Below are positions 59,208 to 64,000 of a stretch of 64,000 bases of DNA, in pieces. The notes beneath the pieces were generated by a model. That model had not been told where the DNA came from, did no database searches, and saw only the letters and a program-made list of their open reading frames with translations. The translations under genes and the position numbers were made by a program. Positions within the stretch are counted from its first letter, which is position 1; each line of letters opens with the position of its first letter. The DNA comes from a virus, in the IMG/VR virus record IMGVR_UViG_3300046170_000449, positions 14,034-78,033 of that record, one strand, 5' to 3'.

Positions 59208-59875
59208 GATTAAGCATGTTAGATCAAGCCGAGTAGCCGTGGCCAGGCATCTGGATGATCAGGTTCTAGCTCATTCTCTCCTACTGGATCGAGAGCGACT
59301 TCACCTAAGCATTCTTCTTCTACTTGTCCATTGGTTGGTACAGGATACCAGCCTTCGACTAAGTAGCTGTAAGACATTCCATTTTCATCTGGGCCATAGT
59401 TGGGATGCTCTTCACTAGGCTCCCAATAGATCATAAGTTCTCCTCGTTTGGTGCGATAAGTGCTACCACTTTTGGGGAGCTTGTCTTTCGTTGGGTCGTA
59501 GTTGACTTCCGCTTGGAATTGGTTGTCCCTCTCTTCTTCTGGGAAGGGGGTATAACCAAAGGCAACTGCGATGATTTCTGATGCTCTATCGAATGTGGAG
59601 TTAGGCATGATCCTATTTCAGTGATGATGATGGTGATGAGAGCAAGGACCACATCAATAATGTGATCCTCGTGTTGAGAGCCAGTAGTCATGCTGTTGGT
59701 GGTGGTGATGCAACAAAGCTATCACCTTCCTCCATGAGTTCTTGCATTACTTTCTCCTGCTCATCTGCAATATCATTGAGCATGAAGAAGTAATCTTGAC
59801 GCAGCTCCTCAAGAAGTGCTTGGTTGTACAGGTGTTGTTTGATTAAAGACATGATGTGATTTGGTTGAGTGTACA

Positions 59876-59903
59876 TGAGCAGTTTAACGTCATGCTCAGG
59901 ACG
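59876..59903 (-). ncRNA. Motif B copy 2
   Basis: CGTC-CTGAGCAT-GACG-TTAAAC-TGCTCA. Confidence 0.7.
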
Positions 59904-59911
59904 GTCAAGGG

Positions 59912-60364
59912 CTAGCTATGAATATGTTTCCATATCTTCTTATGTTTAATTAATGAAATATTTGATGTACAAATGTTATAAAGTTTAGCTAATTTATGTT
60001 GTGACAACGGTGAATTGTATATTTCCATGGCTTGTTTGTCTGTAAGTTTTGAATTGCCATTGTATTGCCCTTTAGCTTGACGCTTACGTTCTTGTCTATC
60101 TTTCATGTTATTTGCATGTGTACCCAAGATTAAATGACTTGGATTAGAGCAAAGCCTATTGTCACAAGTATGTCTTACCATAAGACCGTCAGGAATTTCA
60201 CCTTTGGTTAATGTATAAGCAACACGATGTGCCGGGGACAATTGATTGTTTAATCTAAATTGACCATAACCATCTAAATAAGTACAAGCAGTCCACTCCC
60301 AGCAGCATTCGCTGGGAGCTGGATTTACTTTAGACCAGAATCTGTGTGCAAATGTCATGGTCAC
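59912..60364 (-). CDS. HNH homing endonuclease
   Basis: RFWSKV, CWEWT, GYG, AHRVAY, VRHTCDNRLCSNPSHL..GT...NMKD. Confidence 0.92.
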   Translation of the reverse strand: MTMTFAHRFWSKVNPAPSECCWEWTACTYLDGYGQFRLNNQLSPAHRVAYTLTKGEIPDGLMVRHTCDNRLCSNPSHLILGTHANNMKDRQERKRQAKGQYNGNSKLTDKQAMEIYNSPLSQHKLAKLYNICTSNISLIKHKKIWKHIHS

Positions 60365-61153
60365 AATGAGTTCAAGTAGTCATCGTAACGGAGTGCACCG
60401 ATGCTCAGTGCATCTTTACACTCATCTTCAAATTCTTTCATATCTGTTGGGAGTGCATCCATATAACTAATGACATCCTGCTCTCTCCACTCGCCACCTT
60501 CATAGGTTTGATAGTGGAGTTGCTGGGATTCGCCACCGTAATAAACGATGCGCTCTTTGCGTCCAAGCTGAGTTGGACCATAGGTTTGATAGATAAACAT
60601 GAGTTGATTAATAGATGAGTTAGTTGATGGTTATTCAGCAGCCTGGCCCATAATAGGCCGAGGCTGATGTTGAACATACGTTAGTATCTTCTTGAGAATA
60701 CTTCTCAATACTATAGATACCTGCTGTTACCAGCATAATTACAGTGCAAATACTCATACCCCAATAGATAATTGGATGTACTTCAGGTGCCCTTCTGTAA
60801 CTATCTAGTTGGATGTAGTGTCTAGGCTTGGTGCGGAGTGTTTGCTTCATGAGTCTGATTCAGATTCTGTGTTTTTGAGTGTACGTAGGTACTTGATGAT
60901 ACCTTCGATTTCAGGCAATGTTAAATGATTGATAGGTTCAAGTGTGTCCGGGAACCATGCTTCGTAGGTTACCTCTTCACCTGGAAGAAGCCATCCATGA
61001 ATACCTAGATTTGGCGGTGCAGTAATGATGGTTACCTCACCGATCAAATCATCTTGGTACTTAGAGATGTACGCTTCTTTAATAGCGGGATGTTGTTCAA
61101 AATAGAACTTGTACTTTAGTTTCCAAGGCATAAGTATGTGAATAAGATTGACG

Positions 61154-61180
61154 CTAGGGCTTACACCAAAGGATGCCTAG
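61154..61180 (-). ncRNA. Motif A copy 7
   Basis: CTAGGCATCCTTTGGTGTAAGCCCTAG. Confidence 0.75.
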
Positions 61181-61575
61181 TGATGGTTCATACTAAAGTC
61201 GGGGATTCATAGATGAAACCTTTCTCGAATAGCTTCCATGCTTTATAGATAGCAGCACGGATCTCTTCTCGGTTGTTATAGATCACCACTACTCCTTCCC
61301 ATGCAAGCTGGGTGAGTAGGATGATGAGTGCAATTGTATGTACGACCAGCCATTTAAGTGGTCGATGTAGATGTTGTCGATAGAACTTACCGAAAGCATA
61401 GCCTGCTTTGTAGGTGTTCCTGATGCAGTTGCTAAGGAAGTTAATACATAGCAAGATGGCTGTGATGCTGAAGAGTTCACTGCCTAATGCATAGATACGC
61501 AATGCAGCAGTGATGAAGCTGTCAAGGTGTGACAGGATGTGAAAAGTAGTCATTGGTTTGATGTGTAATGTTTAG

Positions 61576-63459
61576 TGCCCCCTCGTGTAAAGAATGAGGA
61601 GGCGATACCTAGCCAAGGCATTGAACCCTGGCAGTCAGCCTGTACTGATTAGGTGTTAACGCCGTGCTCTATCGAGTGCCCAAAGGCAACAACCAAGAGC
61701 AAGCATTGTTGGTCCAGCGACAGCAGTGCCAACTCCCATGATTCCAAGTGTTGCGGCATTAGCAATTAATTGCTTGTCATCTTCTGTCAGTCCAGAAAAT
61801 GGACCGTTAATCTCAGGTTCAGAGATTACGTTACCTTTGTTGTCGAATTGATGAGTCATGCTGTTATGTAATAGATGCCACCGAAATGTGGCAATACCTG
61901 ACCGGGGCCTCGAAGGCCCCAGTTCAAGTTTAGTGATCAGTTAGCTGTGCAGTCAACAGTTGGTCCGTTACCACCCATGGTTTGCCTTCCATGCTTTGTA
62001 TCGCTGCTGTTGCTCAGCTTGGCTCTTATCATAGATAGAAGCTTTCTCTGCAGGACATGTGTGGACACGTCCTTTGGGTGAGACGTAGACATAGCTGCCG
62101 TCTTCTTGACGCTCGCCGCGATGAATCGCAAGCTCCTCGTCGTTGTATTCGTAACCGACCTTGACTCTGTGAGTTTTAGCAAGGCCGTCTTCGTTGGTCC
62201 ACTCTGCTGCTAATTGATACAAGCCATTGGATAAAACAACAGCTTGGACAACGGGCATGAGTGTACGGAGTGTTTGCAACATGATGTTGTGTGATTGATG
62301 CCACGGGATTGTGGCAATAACTGGACCAGGGTTTGCACCTGGTCACCCGCGTTGACGGATCAGTTGGTTGGATAACCGTAGCTCTGGCAGAACTCCATGT
62401 GTACAGCATAAGACTCAACAGGCCAGTCATTGTTAAGACACTGCTTACGTGTTGCACCTTCTAATACTTTAGGTAGTACAACCGCAGTACTAATCGTACC
62501 GAGGGCTAGTACAAGTGTACCGATAAACATGATAGGTGCAGAAGCAAATGCTTTTGAGATAAACATGATGTGATGTAATAGATGCCACGGGATTGTGGCA
62601 ATAGTTGGACCGGGGCTTGCACTCGGCCTCCCGCTTTGACGGATCAACTCCTAACCAATTCTTCACGAATGAAGTACTGATCACCTGCTAACAGATATGG
62701 TTTGTGGTAGTCAATGAACTCATTAGCCGCATTACGGCTCATGAAAACACCACTAACCACGAAGTTCTGCCAAGTTTCACGGCTTTCTAAAAAATAAACT
62801 TCAGAAAGCATGACGAGGTAGACCTTGATTTCTGATGCTCTATCGGCCACAGAAATCTCCTGTTGTGCGGTACCCATCTCCGCTGTGGGTAATAGTTGAG
62901 TGGGAGATTCGATCTCCCAGCATCACACCTGGTCAGATGACCATCTCAACTGGAGACTCCATCATTTCCGTAAAAGAAAAGACAGATATCTCTGCGAGCT
63001 CCTCTACAGGATTACCGAAGTTGTAATTGTGCTCGACCGAAAGATCGAACGCAACTGAGTCGGCCTCCTCTTTGCAGAAGTGTGCGCTGTGTTGTTGACC
63101 GTTGAGGATGACGAAGAACACGTCAGTCGCTCCGAGTGTGCGGTACCCATCTCCGCTGTGGGTAATGCCTGGGAGGGGAATCGAACCCCTCCTACACCAT
63201 CAGGCGAGTTCTTCACGACAGCGTTGATCAGCTGTGCGCTCTTGTAATTGAGCAACAGCAATAACCAAAGCTTTGTCAAGAGTAACAGGATGTCCTGCAT
63301 CTTTAGCAACTTCTTTAAAGCTGGCTGCAGTCTCAACAATGTACTTGAGACATTCTTCGAGGTTGTCAGGATACATGATGTGATGTAATAGATGCCACGG
63401 GATTGTGGCAATAGTTGGACCGGGGGTTGCACCCGGCCTCCCGCTTTGACGGATCAACT
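61576..63459 (-). repeat. Motif C: seven tRNA-T-arm-like intergenic repeats (61576-61654, 61857-61925, 62280-62365, 62564-62649, 62871-62920, 63144-63205, 63374-63459)
   Basis: 62564-62649 and 63374-63459 differ at 2 positions; 62864-62893 equals 63137-63166; the others share the fold with compensatory changes. Confidence 0.85.
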
Positions 63460-63672
63460 TACGAACTCAGCTGTTACCTTTGCGTAATAGTCACGAGCCT
63501 GTTGGACTGTAACCTTTGTGCTTTGGTCATTGAACTTAGTTCCTTTGAATGCTCTCTTAGTTATGTAAGCAACATCTAAGTCACTTACGATTTGAAACTC
63601 GAAGTAAAACTTCTCAGTTACGAAAGCAATTGTTTGAGTTTGCATTGGAATTAATGCTGTGGTTTGCATTGA

Positions 63673-63699
63673 AAGCTACGTTTAACGTCCAGCTTGACG
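63673..63699 (-). ncRNA. Motif B copy 3
   Basis: CGTC-AAGCTG-GACG-TTAAACGT-AGCTT. Confidence 0.7.
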
Positions 63700-63720
63700 A
63701 TCAACTTACTTGCTTCAAAT

Positions 63721-63739
63721 GAGAATGATTATCATTCCA
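63721..63739. promoter_or_regulatory. Fur-box-like palindrome upstream of the early gene array
   Basis: GAATGAT-T-ATCATTC perfect 7-1-7 palindrome; 15/19 match to GATAATGATAATCATTATC on the - strand. Confidence 0.45.
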
Positions 63740-64000
63740 CTTAAACTTAAATACTTTCTAAACAAAACCGCGCTGGGTTTCTCTCCCAAAATGCGCGGGA
63801 AGTCGAGGTTAATGGCCTAAGTTTAGACACAATTAGTAACATATTCAGTTATTTCTAACTTTCACGTTACTTTCACGTTAAACTAAACTTAATTCCAACC
63901 TTACTTCCCTATACTTTCTATACTCTCATCTCTTTCCCACCCTATACAATCCCGCCCTTTCTTTTTTTTCTACCCAGGTTCCCAGTCGGAGACACTGTGT

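Larger units (their letters stand above)
56936..63669 (-). other. Array of about 25 small early genes (mostly hypothetical), many separated by structured intergenic motifs
   Basis: Co-oriented 50-130 aa ORFs; true starts often follow CACATC-rich leaders (e.g. 59852, 62282, 62566, 63376). Confidence 0.7.

Noticed and set aside
62567-63457. Shared N-terminus MIRQSGRP...PWHLLHHIM of ORFs 62360-62647 and 63200-63457
   Set aside because: It is a translation of the motif C repeat; the third copy has a stop in this frame, so the true starts are 62566 and 63376
61576-63459. Motif C as a CRISPR array or as real tRNA genes
   Set aside because: The spacers are whole genes of 170-320 bp, there are no cas genes, and there is no anticodon arm or CCA end

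Overview
This 64 kb window is most of the genome of a tailed cyanophage. A cyanobacterial host is indicated by hli, NblA-like and CP12-like genes and a glutamine-II riboswitch upstream of a DUF4278 gene. The left half (mostly + strand) is the virion module: portal, scaffold, N4-gp56-like major capsid, virion hydrolases, tail fibres and lysins. The middle holds a candidate replication origin, a primase-helicase, an exonuclease and glycosyl/methyltransferases. The right half (- strand) carries DNA polymerase A, thyX, tRNA-Leu, an SSB-like gene and a run of small early genes. Four things stand out. (1) A gene missed by the ORF track (333-647) is interrupted by a 27-nt insert: a take-off codon, UAG, a hairpin, AUUAUU and a matching landing codon. 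This closely resembles the T4 gene 60 ribosomal bypass, and it lies directly downstream of an endonuclease VII-type nuclease gene. (2) Three families of covarying structured RNA motifs (17 copies) sit in the intergenic spacers of the - strand early/middle region. (3) The tail fibre tip looks like a DGR variable region, but no template repeat or reverse transcriptase is visible in the window. (4) Several signs of small cassette insertion and shared peptide tags appear among virion proteins. All family assignments come from motif recognition by eye; no database searches were run.
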